Origin: Candidatus Bathyarchaeota archaeon
GTDB lineage: Archaea; Thermoproteota; Bathyarchaeia; Bathyarchaeales; Bathycorpusculaceae
Length of the DNA: 64,000 nt
NCBI GenBank assembly: GCA_029907545.1
Contig: JARYLR010000003.1
Coordinates: 23,090 to 87,089, forward strand
Direction of reading: 5' to 3'
Part shown: in pieces, positions 48,580-56,764 of the stretch
Layout of the letters: every line of letters begins with the position of its first letter
How positions within the stretch are numbered: position 1 is the stretch's first letter
The notes under the pieces: generated by a model
Told to the model about the DNA's origin: nothing
Seen by the model: only the letters and a program-made list of their open reading frames with translations
Databases searched by the model: none
Translations under genes and position numbers: made by a program

Positions 48580-49043
48580 GAAGGATCGCCTACGCTGCCA
48601 TCATACTTCAGCTGGTTATCTACTTTCACGTTAAGTATCCAATCGTCAACCCAACTTGGCCAAAGATAAAACGTATTCGAGCTTGACACATAAATTCTCG
48701 TATAAACATAATAGTAAATCTCATCTTCACCATCGCCGGGCACATTAAACTCGAAACTTGTTGAATAGGCAACAGGCACAAACGGAGTCTCAGCCGGCGT
48801 TCCAAATTTCCTAACTACAAAACTGTAATCTTTCAGATCAATAACCCTATCCTCGATAACGTCAGCCTGTGAATACCACTTAGGCTGCCCCAGAAAAGAA
48901 CCATATGTCAAAGCTGTTCTAAGTATATCCTTAAGAGTAACCATTCCATCACAGTCAACATCCCCTTCAAGATCCGGCGGCAACCTATGATAATCAACAA
49001 CGTAAACAGATGCGAAAACCAAGGGAAACGAATGAAAATACAC
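48543..49043 (-). CDS. dockerin-domain protein fragment (N-terminal portion)
   Basis: 166-aa ORF with a GTG start. It has two EF-hand-like dockerin repeats, DVDCDGMVTLKD and DVIEDRVIDLKD (nt 48801-48965), followed by a beta-sandwich-like segment. A likely signal peptide is encoded upstream in another frame (see findings). Confidence 0.6.
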   Translation of the reverse strand: MYFHSFPLVFASVYVVDYHRLPPDLEGDVDCDGMVTLKDILRTALTYGSFLGQPKWYSQADVIEDRVIDLKDYSFVVRKFGTPAETPFVPVAYSTSFEFNVPGDGEDEIYYYVYTRIYVSSSNTFYLWPSWVDDWILNVKVDNQLKYDGSVGDPSCQPRQTSVSAS

Positions 49044-49221
49044 CGAAAAAAAGAAGCATCAAACTTGCTAGCAAGGCAATGTTTTCTCAACCACAATTTA
49101 TACCTCGCCTTACTGGAAACATTAGATACCCAGAAACATACATACTTTTCCCACAACGTCCACTAAGAAGTTAAACTGTGAAAGATGAAACGAGAAGAGA
49201 CCTAAAACAAGGTGCCAAGTT

Positions 49222-49548
49222 CTATCCGAATAGTGCTCCCAGTCCTTCGAGCGCTGCTTCTTCCTTAGCTTTCTCGTCCTCTTTCTTCTTCTTTTCATCC
49301 TCTTTCGGCTTAGCCTCTCCCGCTGGCGCAGCCGCTGCCGCTGGAACTGTTGCTGCCGGCGCAGCCATCATCGCCGGAGCAGACTTTATCGCCTCATCAA
49401 TCTTAACATCCGCTAACGAGGCTACAAGAGCCTTAACCCGTACAACATCAGCATTTATACCCGCAGATGTCAAAACTTGGGTTACGTTAGCTTCGTTTAT
49501 CTCCTTCCCTGCCTTGTGGAGAAGCATTGCAGCGTAGATATATTCCAT
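49222..49548 (-). CDS. rpl12: 50S ribosomal stalk protein P1 (aL12)
   Basis: 108 aa. It has [19 protein letters not shown]..., an Ala-rich hinge, a Lys/Glu-rich stretch and the terminal EGLGALFG. Confidence 0.93.
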   Translation of the reverse strand: MEYIYAAMLLHKAGKEINEANVTQVLTSAGINADVVRVKALVASLADVKIDEAIKSAPAMMAAPAATVPAAAAAPAGEAKPKEDEKKKKEDEKAKEEAALEGLGALFG

Positions 49549-49819
49549 ACTGGTTCACCTATGTTTGCCGAAAAGGAAAGCGCTACAGAGTTATTAAGTT
49601 TTTTGTTTAAACATAGATTTTTGGGTTCCTTTACGTCTTTTATTCTTGGGCAATGTGGCATGAATGAGTATTTGTATGCTGTTAGCTAGTTGAGACTGAT
49701 TCAATTCACGTTTGTCTTTATCTTTTTTTCTTTGCAGATATAGGGGTGGAAGATTATTCCATAACGTTTAAGTTTCGCCCTAATCTTCGTAAACGCAATC
49801 AGAGAAAGGAGAGATAATA

Positions 49820-50836
49820 GTGAAACATAAACTTGCCAAGAGTTTAGCGATCTCAACGATAGTCGCGCTTCTTCTTGCAACATTTGCTTTTCACACCATA
49901 TCAGCCTCGCCAACTCCGCGAATATATCTAACTCCTTCAAACATAATCTACACGACTGACAACGCCACTGTTGGCACAAAATTCAATGTTACCGCATCTT
50001 GCGAAGACGTCCCAGACCTAGGAGGAGCACAAATCTGCATCATATACAACGACACAATAGTCAACGCAACAAGATGGTTTCTCCCATCAACCGACTTTTT
50101 CATGCCTCAACAGCCGGCTCCAACAACTTTGCCTACACCACCTGATACAGGATATCAACATCTTCCATCCGGCTACGGTGTCATCAAGATAGCTGTAAGT
50201 AAAGGAGGCTTACCCCCTACTTCCCCATGGGGGCATTCGGGGAAAATAGCAGTAATCGAGTTCAGGATAAGAGCTCTTCCAACTTCAGGAAAATTTTCGA
50301 CTTTGCTTAACATCAACAACATAGACACTTTCTTGCTTGACCCGTTAGCCAGCGAAATCCCTGAAACAATAAAGGAAGACGGATACTATGAGATAACAAA
50401 GGTAGTGGCTCCGCCGAAAACCTTCACATTGACCATATCCGCAACGTTTGGCGGCACAACAGATCCTGCTCCCGGAGAACACAAATACACTGAGGGAGAC
50501 ATCGTCACGGTGACCGCTATAAACATGTCTGGATATATCTTCAGCCAATGGGAACTTGACTCAGTTAACGCTGGTTCTACTAATCCTATAAACATCACGA
50601 TGGATGGAAACCACACTTTGCGTGCAGTGTTTAGAGCATTTGGAAACGAAGGAGACGTTGATAAAAACGGAATAGTTGAGCTTACAGACTACTTGCTGAC
50701 GGCGCTTGCCTTTGGAAGTAAAGAAGACTATGGACGCTGGGATCCCAGATGCGACTTGGATAACAATGGCAAAGTGGATATTGCGGACATCTACATAGTT
50801 CGAAAGAACTATGGAAAAGATTACAGGCCACCATAA
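49820..50836 (+). CDS. secreted cohesin-domain + InlB B-repeat + dockerin-domain protein
   Basis: 338 aa with a GTG start 8 nt after AAGGAGAG. The signal peptide is MKHKLAKSLAISTIVALLLATFAFHTISA. The cohesin-like region has VGTKFNVTASCEDVPDLGGAQICIIYNDTIVNAT...GKIAVIEFRIRAL. The InlB B-repeat is FTLTISATFGGTTDPAPGEHKYTEGDIVTVTAINMSGYIFSQWE...NHTLRAVF. The dockerin has DVDKNGIVELTD and DLDNNGKVDIAD. Confidence 0.75.
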   Translation: MKHKLAKSLAISTIVALLLATFAFHTISASPTPRIYLTPSNIIYTTDNATVGTKFNVTASCEDVPDLGGAQICIIYNDTIVNATRWFLPSTDFFMPQQPAPTTLPTPPDTGYQHLPSGYGVIKIAVSKGGLPPTSPWGHSGKIAVIEFRIRALPTSGKFSTLLNINNIDTFLLDPLASEIPETIKEDGYYEITKVVAPPKTFTLTISATFGGTTDPAPGEHKYTEGDIVTVTAINMSGYIFSQWELDSVNAGSTNPINITMDGNHTLRAVFRAFGNEGDVDKNGIVELTDYLLTALAFGSKEDYGRWDPRCDLDNNGKVDIADIYIVRKNYGKDYRPP

Positions 50837-50919
50837 CAAGAGATTGCACTCTTCCCCTTTTCTTCTAAAACCGATGTTGGAAAACATCAGAAAAGCTGGT
50901 TCTACTACGCCTTTTCCAG

Positions 50920-51777
50920 CTATTTTGCTGCCTCTGAAAAGCGGCTTAGGCAAGATGCTTCTGCATGTGCCTTCCGCAAAAGACCTTCTATGGTATCCTT
51001 GGTAGGGATAGAAGCGTTAAGCGATAATGCAAATGCTTCTTGAAAGGCTATTTGGATCAATGTTGACATGTTCTCAGGTGTTGGGTATGCTATGCTAAGC
51101 GATAATGCAAATGCTTCTGCGTGTGCTTCCTCGACGCTTTTTCTTGTTCCGTCAACATCTACTCGAAGCTGATCCTGAGATATTAACAAGCCATCATCAT
51201 ACACTAGTCTCATTGATAATACGCTTTCCACGGGCTTGATGCCGAGCTTTGATAATACGCTGGCAAGTCTCTCATCAATCACGCCGCCCTTCTTAGCAAC
51301 TAGAGTGTCCTTGCTTACCCATACGCTGCCGGACTCGATTCGGGTGGGCAGACCGACTGCGTTAAGCTGGCTGATTATTGGGCCTGGTGGTTGCCCTGTG
51401 TTGCCGGCTGGCACTATCACGTCGAAGGCTGCGATGTCGCCGGCTTTGGCTGTTGTCTTAACTTTTCCTTTCTCCAAGATGAGAGCTAGCTCGAACGGGT
51501 TCAAATTGGTGAGAAGAAAAATGTTCGAGCCTTCTAGGTGTTCTTCAAGTTTTTCTAAGCTTGGTTTTTCTTTGCAGTTTTCTAGGGCTTTCTTCATCAG
51601 CGTGTTCTTGACGACTCGCATGTAAACTTTCCCTGTAAGATTCTTCTTGAAGGCTTGTAGCTGCGCTGCTCTAACTTTTTGTAGGCTAGCGATTCCGATG
51701 ACCTTGTGCTGGTTTACTAGCTTCGCCATTTCTTCAACTTTGCTGTTTTTTTCTTGTAGGATTTGCTGGGATGGCAT
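50920..51777 (-). CDS. rpl10: 50S ribosomal stalk protein P0 (uL10), short form lacking the acidic C-terminal tail
   Basis: 285 aa. The N-terminal uL10 domain is KVEEMAKLVNQHKVIGIASLQKVRAAQLQAFKK. Repeated P1-binding helices follow (AHAEAFALSLSIAYPTPENM..., FQEAFALSLNASIPTKDTIEGLL...). It ends ...ASCLSRFSEAAK with no hinge or GLGALFG-type tail. Confidence 0.88.
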   Translation of the reverse strand: MPSQQILQEKNSKVEEMAKLVNQHKVIGIASLQKVRAAQLQAFKKNLTGKVYMRVVKNTLMKKALENCKEKPSLEKLEEHLEGSNIFLLTNLNPFELALILEKGKVKTTAKAGDIAAFDVIVPAGNTGQPPGPIISQLNAVGLPTRIESGSVWVSKDTLVAKKGGVIDERLASVLSKLGIKPVESVLSMRLVYDDGLLISQDQLRVDVDGTRKSVEEAHAEAFALSLSIAYPTPENMSTLIQIAFQEAFALSLNASIPTKDTIEGLLRKAHAEASCLSRFSEAAK

Positions 51778-51790
51778 TTTTCTTCACTTT

Positions 51791-52444
51791 TTATGGGGTT
51801 ATCTTTACTGGCGCGCCCATGGCTGTTTTGATGTAAATGTTTTTGATGTTTTTTATTCCTTTCTTTAGTTTTCCTTCCAGAACTCTTAGGACTGTCTGGA
51901 TGTTTTCAACTATTTCTTCTTCTTTCATGCTTTCTTTTCCAACATGGCACTGAACTATAGGTTGCGAGCGCATGCGTACAATTATTGTTTTCCGATGTTT
52001 CGCTATTAGGGACGCGATGTCTGCTGCTGGTGGAACTGGTATCGGCATTTTTCCTCTTGGGCCAAGAATGGGCCCGAGGATTCGGCCTACCAGCGGCATA
52101 AGGGGGGCTTCGGCGATGAAGAAGTCGTAGCTGTTTGCAATCTTGCGGAGATCTCTCTTTTTTCCAGCTAGACCGTCAAGTTCTGCTCTTTCAATTACAA
52201 GATCAGCGTTTGCTCTGCGCGCCTTTAATGCCAGCTCACCTGACCCTATCACGCATATTTTGTTAGCTTTCTCTTGGACAAAGTGAGGCAGTTCTACAAG
52301 TTCTTGGAGCTTGCTTTCGGGTGATTTCATGTCGATTTCCCTGAGATTCAGAACAAGCTCTATTGATTGGTCGAATTTTCTTTTTTGCGATTTTTCCTTA
52401 ACTTCTTTGACCGCGTTAAGGAGCGCCTTTTGATCTAACGGCAT
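51791..52444 (-). CDS. rpl1: 50S ribosomal protein uL1
   Basis: The track ORF begins at 52504. MPLDQKALLNAVKEVKEKSQKRKFDQSIELVLNLREIDMK, starting at 52444, is the typical uL1 N-terminus. Confidence 0.92.
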   Translation of the reverse strand: MPLDQKALLNAVKEVKEKSQKRKFDQSIELVLNLREIDMKSPESKLQELVELPHFVQEKANKICVIGSGELALKARRANADLVIERAELDGLAGKKRDLRKIANSYDFFIAEAPLMPLVGRILGPILGPRGKMPIPVPPAADIASLIAKHRKTIIVRMRSQPIVQCHVGKESMKEEEIVENIQTVLRVLEGKLKKGIKNIKNIYIKTAMGAPVKITP

Positions 52445-52500
52445 GTTCAGGGCCTCGTGCCATTGAGGAAATGTTAAGGAGTTATAAAAGTATTGTCTCA

Positions 52501-52992
52501 TCATTCATTCTTAGCGAATATTTCATCGTATTTGCCTTGGTCAAGATCCTTCTGTACCTCGCGGGGATCTCTGTTGTCAACAGTCACGCCCATGCTGACG
52601 CAGCTTCCAAGTACTTCTTTCGCTGCGCCTTTCAGGGTTTTTGCCAGAAGCTCAGAGCGCTTGATTTTGGCTATGCGAATAATCTGCTCCATCGAGAGAT
52701 TGCCAACTTTTGCCGTATTAGGCGTGGCTGAGCCTTTTTCTATCTTCAGTTCGCTTACAATCAATGCGGATGACGTTGGAGTGCCTACTGTAACTTCGAA
52801 CTGCTTCGTGTCAGGGTCAACAATGACCTTAACCGGAACCTTCATTCCCGCATAGTCTTTGGTGACTTCGTTGATCTTGTTTACAATCATCATCACGTTT
52901 ACGCCTAGAGGACCTAGCGCAGGCCCAAGTGGAGGACCAGCATTTGCCTGTCCTCCGCTGACAAGCAGTTCAACGACTTTCTTTTCAGGCAT
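52501..52992 (-). CDS. rpl11: 50S ribosomal protein uL11
   Basis: MPEKKVVELLVSGGQANAGPPLGPALGPLGVNV... is the canonical uL11 N-terminal domain. The track start is at 53004 (MKSKMPEKK); starting at 52992 avoids overlap with spt5. Confidence 0.93.
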   Translation of the reverse strand: MPEKKVVELLVSGGQANAGPPLGPALGPLGVNVMMIVNKINEVTKDYAGMKVPVKVIVDPDTKQFEVTVGTPTSSALIVSELKIEKGSATPNTAKVGNLSMEQIIRIAKIKRSELLAKTLKGAAKEVLGSCVSMGVTVDNRDPREVQKDLDQGKYDEIFAKNE

Positions 52993-52993
52993 C

Positions 52994-53482
52994 TTACTTT
53001 TCACCTACTGTCTGTGTTCTGCTTTTCTCTACGAGTTTAACGTAGTCTGAGTGAACCGTTATCGGGAGCGGAAAAGTTGCTTCCAGAAGCTCAAGAGTGA
53101 CTTCTGCTTTAGACTTGTCGATGCGGGTTATCTTCGCGCGCATCCCCTTGAAGGGCCCACCTGTGACTTCCACAATATCGCTTTCGTTTAGTTCTTCGAT
53201 TACGGGCTTTTTCACAATGTATCTTTCAATTTCTGAGAAGCTTACTATGCCAGGCACTCTGGAGCGGACATGTTTTATTCCGGCTATGGCTTCTTCCACG
53301 AAATGAGGCCCTTCAGCTTCCATGAAAACGTATCCTCTTAAGGCCTCTGGCACGAGTATAGCTTTTACTCTGATCCTATTCATTTCGACTTTGGCGGCTA
53401 CCAGCCTTGCGACGTTCTTTTCTTGGCCTGTCGTGGTTTTGACAGCAAAGATTTTTGTCAAGTGTTCTTCAGGTTTTTCCAA
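52994..53482 (-). CDS. spt5: transcription elongation factor Spt5 (NusG)
   Basis: 162 aa. It has an NGN domain (IFAVKTTTGQEKNVARLV) and a KOW motif (VEVTGGPFKGMRAKITRID). It sits in the conserved secE-spt5-rpl11 order. Confidence 0.9.
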   Translation of the reverse strand: MEKPEEHLTKIFAVKTTTGQEKNVARLVAAKVEMNRIRVKAILVPEALRGYVFMEAEGPHFVEEAIAGIKHVRSRVPGIVSFSEIERYIVKKPVIEELNESDIVEVTGGPFKGMRAKITRIDKSKAEVTLELLEATFPLPITVHSDYVKLVEKSRTQTVGEK

Positions 53483-53503
53483 GGTTTTTTCCTTCTCAGA
53501 ATA

Positions 53504-53680
53504 TCAGCTTGAGGCTGTTGTGATGACGGTGGAAAGCATTTTTATGATGTAGCCGATAAGTCCGACTGCGCCGATGCCTAGGAAACATATTTTTATGGAG
53601 AGCCATAGCTCGCTTTTTCCTGGTTTTATGGCTAGTTTTAGGGTTCTTGCGCATTGGGAAAGGAATGATTGCAGGCCCAT
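53504..53680 (-). CDS. secE: protein translocase subunit SecE (Sec61 gamma)
   Basis: Own translation (58 aa, below the ORF-track cutoff): MGLQSFLSQCARTLKLAIKPGKSELWLSIKICFLGIGAVGLIGYIIKMLSTVITTASS*. It has the KP-x-x-x-E motif plus a single TM helix, in the conserved position upstream of spt5. Confidence 0.75.
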   Translation of the reverse strand: MGLQSFLSQCARTLKLAIKPGKSELWLSIKICFLGIGAVGLIGYIIKMLSTVITTASS

Positions 53681-53790
53681 GGTTTATCGTACACTCAGCT
53701 TTTCGCATCCGATATAAATATTGCTGTACCGGAAGGTTTTCGGATAGGATAACTGGGGGCAGTTCTATTAACTTTTCTCTCTTTCCTACT

Positions 53791-54615
53791 CTAGGTCTTC
53801 TTGAAACCTAGACTTACCTCTTCAAGCATTCTGATTAGGGGCTGCTTGTTTTCGCCTTTAATGCCCTTCCAGTCTAAGATCGCACATTCGACTTTTTCCA
53901 AAGTTCTTTCCACACAGTGCCTAAGCGTTTCAGTGCTGATCTCCGCAATGGCATGTTTCGGGATCATGTGACCGAAAGCAGTTTCCTCTTCAAGAGCCAT
54001 ATGTGTGAACCTACTGTTATAGTGCGGTCCGCCGATGCCTAACACGGCTACTGCTGAGGGCAGGTTGAATTTTGAAGAAGCCTTTATTACGGCGTGGGCG
54101 ACCACTTCCGCTGCTTTTGAATCATGCCACTGCGCAGGTGCGCTTCCCAGTTCAGCGAACATTGTTGGAGCATCTAGAGAGGGACCGTGATGTGTGCATT
54201 CATAGGAGACTTCGTATGCTAGCTGCCTTTCTTCCTTGAGTTTTGCCATAGTTTTTAAGGCAGTTTTCATGGCGTTTGCAGGCGAGATTGATACACGTTT
54301 CGGGATCCCCCCTAAAACGGCATCAGAAAGGTTGCCTGGTGTGTGCACTGAGAGCGTGGGTTTTCCGCTTAGGCTGCTGTGTCTTGAGATGAAGATGACG
54401 AGTTTGGGATTTGGAAAGAAGTCTAGTAAGTTTTGAGCTTGGACCGGTTCTTCGTTTATGGTTACAAGTTTGATTTCTGTATTGTTGATTGTGGCTTCGT
54501 AGATGGGGTTGTTTTGGTGATTTTCTTCTGTCTTGTTAAAGGGGTATAGCGTTAGGATTTGTTTTTTGATGTTGAGTCCTGCTGCGTCTTTGGTTGACGC
54601 CACGATAAGGAACAT
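53791..54615 (-). CDS. dtdA: D-aminoacyl-tRNA deacylase, archaeal type (DTD2)
   Basis: 274 aa. The N-terminus MFLIVASTKDAAGLNIKKQIL and the blocks ISRHSS, ECTHHGPS, GGPHYN are typical of the tRNA_deacylase (PF04414) family. Confidence 0.85.
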   Translation of the reverse strand: MFLIVASTKDAAGLNIKKQILTLYPFNKTEENHQNNPIYEATINNTEIKLVTINEEPVQAQNLLDFFPNPKLVIFISRHSSLSGKPTLSVHTPGNLSDAVLGGIPKRVSISPANAMKTALKTMAKLKEERQLAYEVSYECTHHGPSLDAPTMFAELGSAPAQWHDSKAAEVVAHAVIKASSKFNLPSAVAVLGIGGPHYNSRFTHMALEEETAFGHMIPKHAIAEISTETLRHCVERTLEKVECAILDWKGIKGENKQPLIRMLEEVSLGFKKT

Positions 54616-54788
54616 TTTTCTGTCCTAACCTGCTTGTTGGGTAGTTGATAAATAGGTCTGGTTTGTTATTGAGGTTGCTGCTTCAGAAAGAGTTTTGGTG
54701 TCAACATGCGCAAAGGCTTCTGGTCTGTGCTACTTCAAAGCAAGTGCCCATATTTGCAGTGCACATCGCCACGCGGTTTCGGGAAAGG

Positions 54789-54796
54789 TTTTATAT
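54789..54796 (+). promoter_or_regulatory. TATA-box-like element upstream of the transcarbamylase gene
   Basis: GGGAAAGG-TTTTATAT lies about 40 nt upstream of ATG 54832. Confidence 0.4.
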
Positions 54797-54831
54797 GGTG
54801 AAAAACGAAGGTTTGCTGAAGTGACAGAACC

Positions 54832-55746
54832 ATGCACATGCTTAACTTTAAAGAGCTATCACGCCAGCAGCTTAACGAGATAATAGATAAAGGCATAGAG
54901 ATCAAGAGCAACCCTGAGAAGTATAAGAAAGAGTTAAACGGAAAATCTTTGGCTTTAATTTTTCAAAAGACTTCTACACGGACGCGGGTGGCATTTGAGG
55001 TAGCGATGACGCAACTTGGCGGCCACGCGCTGTACATCGACTGGAGGACAACGAATTTGGGCATCGCAACTGTTGAAGACGAAACACGGTATCTTTCCCG
55101 CAATGTTGACTGCATCATGGCGAGGCTGCTGCGAAACGCTGATCTCGTGAAGATGGCAGCGTCTTCGCGTGTTCCGGTGATTAATGGGTGTGACGAGAAG
55201 TATCATCCTAGCCAGGCTGTTGCTGATTTGATGATTATGAAGGAGAAGAAAGGCAGGTTGAAGGGAACTAGGCTGGTTTACATTGGGATTCACAATAATG
55301 TCTGTAACTCGCTTGTCGAGGGCTGTACGAAGACTGGTGTGAAGTTGACGACGGTGACGCCGTTGCACAATGAGCCTTCACGTGATGAAGAGTTGCTTGA
55401 GGCAGCTAGGAAAACTGGGCTTTGGGAGACAACTTCAGACGTCAAAACGGCTGTTAAAGACGCGGATTTTGTCTATACCGATACTTGGGTGGACATGGAG
55501 TTCTTTACAGATCCGAAGTTTGCTGCTGAGAAGGAGAAGCGCGTGAAGCTGATGATGCCTTTTCAGGTTAATGCAGGACTCCTCAGAGGAAGCAGCGCTT
55601 ATGTGATGCATGACATGCCGATTCACCGCGGCTATGAGATCACCGGAGACGTTGTAGAAGGCTCAAAGTCAATCATATATGAGCAAGCAGAGAACAGACT
55701 CTACGCGGCAAAGACAATACTGCTAAAACTCATGGAAAAATACTAG
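54832..55746 (+). CDS. ornithine-carbamoyltransferase-like transcarbamylase with non-canonical second-substrate motifs
   Basis: 304 aa. The carbamoyl-phosphate motifs STRTR (aa 48-52) and HPSQ (125-128) are intact, and the overall pattern is OTC-like (VPVINGC, NNVCNSL). The OTC motifs D-x-x-x-SMG and HCLP read DTWVDME and HDMP. Confidence 0.75.
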   Translation: MHMLNFKELSRQQLNEIIDKGIEIKSNPEKYKKELNGKSLALIFQKTSTRTRVAFEVAMTQLGGHALYIDWRTTNLGIATVEDETRYLSRNVDCIMARLLRNADLVKMAASSRVPVINGCDEKYHPSQAVADLMIMKEKKGRLKGTRLVYIGIHNNVCNSLVEGCTKTGVKLTTVTPLHNEPSRDEELLEAARKTGLWETTSDVKTAVKDADFVYTDTWVDMEFFTDPKFAAEKEKRVKLMMPFQVNAGLLRGSSAYVMHDMPIHRGYEITGDVVEGSKSIIYEQAENRLYAAKTILLKLMEKY

Positions 55747-55812
55747 AAAACGATAGACTTTCGAGAAAACTCTACCTATAAATAGGGGGCATCAGTTGTT
55801 CACGCAGAAAAA

Positions 55813-56679
55813 TCACGCGGTTTTCTCCATTCCTCTCAAAATTTGGTCTATATCTCTCCCCACATTTTCGCCAGAGTACCCACCTTCCAACACGAAAAAC
55901 GTCGGCTTTCTCAAAGACCTGATTCTCCTCCCTATCTCGAAGTAGCCATCCTCCGTTAGTCCAAGAGACGCCAAGTCGCCCACATGCGTGTCAAAGCCGG
56001 CGGAAACTGCAACAACCTCAAACCTGCCCAAGTCAATCCCGCTTAGAGCCTTATCAAGCATCTTTAGATATACCTCGTTTCCGCAATCCGGAGGCAACGG
56101 AAAGTTCAGACAACTCGGCCCAGAAACAAGTCCCGTGCCAGGATAATTCGGATGCCTATGCAAAGAAACATACATAACCTTCTCATCTCCAAGAAAAATC
56201 TCCTGCGTGCCATTCCCATGATGACCGTCAATATCCAAAATCAAAGCAGACCTCCCCAGATGCCTCACGGCCACAGCAACATTATTGAAGTAGCAGAACC
56301 CTCGCGTGTAAGCTCCTAAAGCGGCGCCACTTCTCCCAGCATGATGGCCAGGTGGTCTCATAATTGAGAAGCCGCCAACTTTTGCTGCTAATATTGCTCC
56401 GCCTGCAGAAAGCCTTGCAAACTCGTAGATATTATCATATGCAGGCGTGTCCGAATCTTCCACCATGCTTTTCTTAACATTCCACACGTAGTCTACGTCA
56501 TGAACCTTAAGCAGGTCGTCTTCGGAAGCGGGTTCAGGCTCCAGAAACTCGTAGCCCTTTTCCTTCAAAACCTCGTAGGCTTTCCGAACTCTTTCCGGTC
56601 CTTCTATGTGCCACTGCCCGTAGCCTAGGCATTTCTGCGAAAAAACTATTTTGGCTTTCATGGCATCCAGCGTCCACAA
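55813..56679 (-). CDS. histone deacetylase-family (class I/II HDAC, AcuC/acetylpolyamine amidohydrolase-like) protein
   Basis: 288 aa. Motifs: RPPGHHAG, DIDGHHGNGTQEIF, GFDTHVGD, EGGY. Confidence 0.85.
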   Translation of the reverse strand: MWTLDAMKAKIVFSQKCLGYGQWHIEGPERVRKAYEVLKEKGYEFLEPEPASEDDLLKVHDVDYVWNVKKSMVEDSDTPAYDNIYEFARLSAGGAILAAKVGGFSIMRPPGHHAGRSGAALGAYTRGFCYFNNVAVAVRHLGRSALILDIDGHHGNGTQEIFLGDEKVMYVSLHRHPNYPGTGLVSGPSCLNFPLPPDCGNEVYLKMLDKALSGIDLGRFEVVAVSAGFDTHVGDLASLGLTEDGYFEIGRRIRSLRKPTFFVLEGGYSGENVGRDIDQILRGMEKTA

Positions 56680-56764
56680 CTCGCCACAGACGGTTTTCAG
56701 GTTAAAATATAACCTCGACTCTTAAAAGCTTAAAGAGCCACAGAAAACGAACAGGAGAAAAACG

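Noticed and set aside
49178-49537. 119-aa plus-strand ORF rich in Ala/Ser opposite rpl12
   Set aside because: It is the antisense reading of the Ala/Lys/Glu-rich P1 hinge, a compositional artefact.
51018-51118. Exact 23-nt direct repeat inside rpl10, considered as a possible repeat element or assembly duplication
   Set aside because: The copies are 78 nt (26 codons) apart and in frame. They encode the repeated EAFALSL core of consecutive P1-binding spine helices, which is expected for archaeal P0. The repeat is kept only as supporting detail in the P0 finding.
53496-53708. 70-aa tracked ORF (MRKAECTINHGPAIIPFPMRKNPKTSHKTRKKRAMALHK...)
   Set aside because: It is a His/Arg/Lys-rich sequence with no family resemblance. 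A different frame on the same strand encodes a convincing 58-aa SecE in the conserved secE-spt5-rpl11 position.
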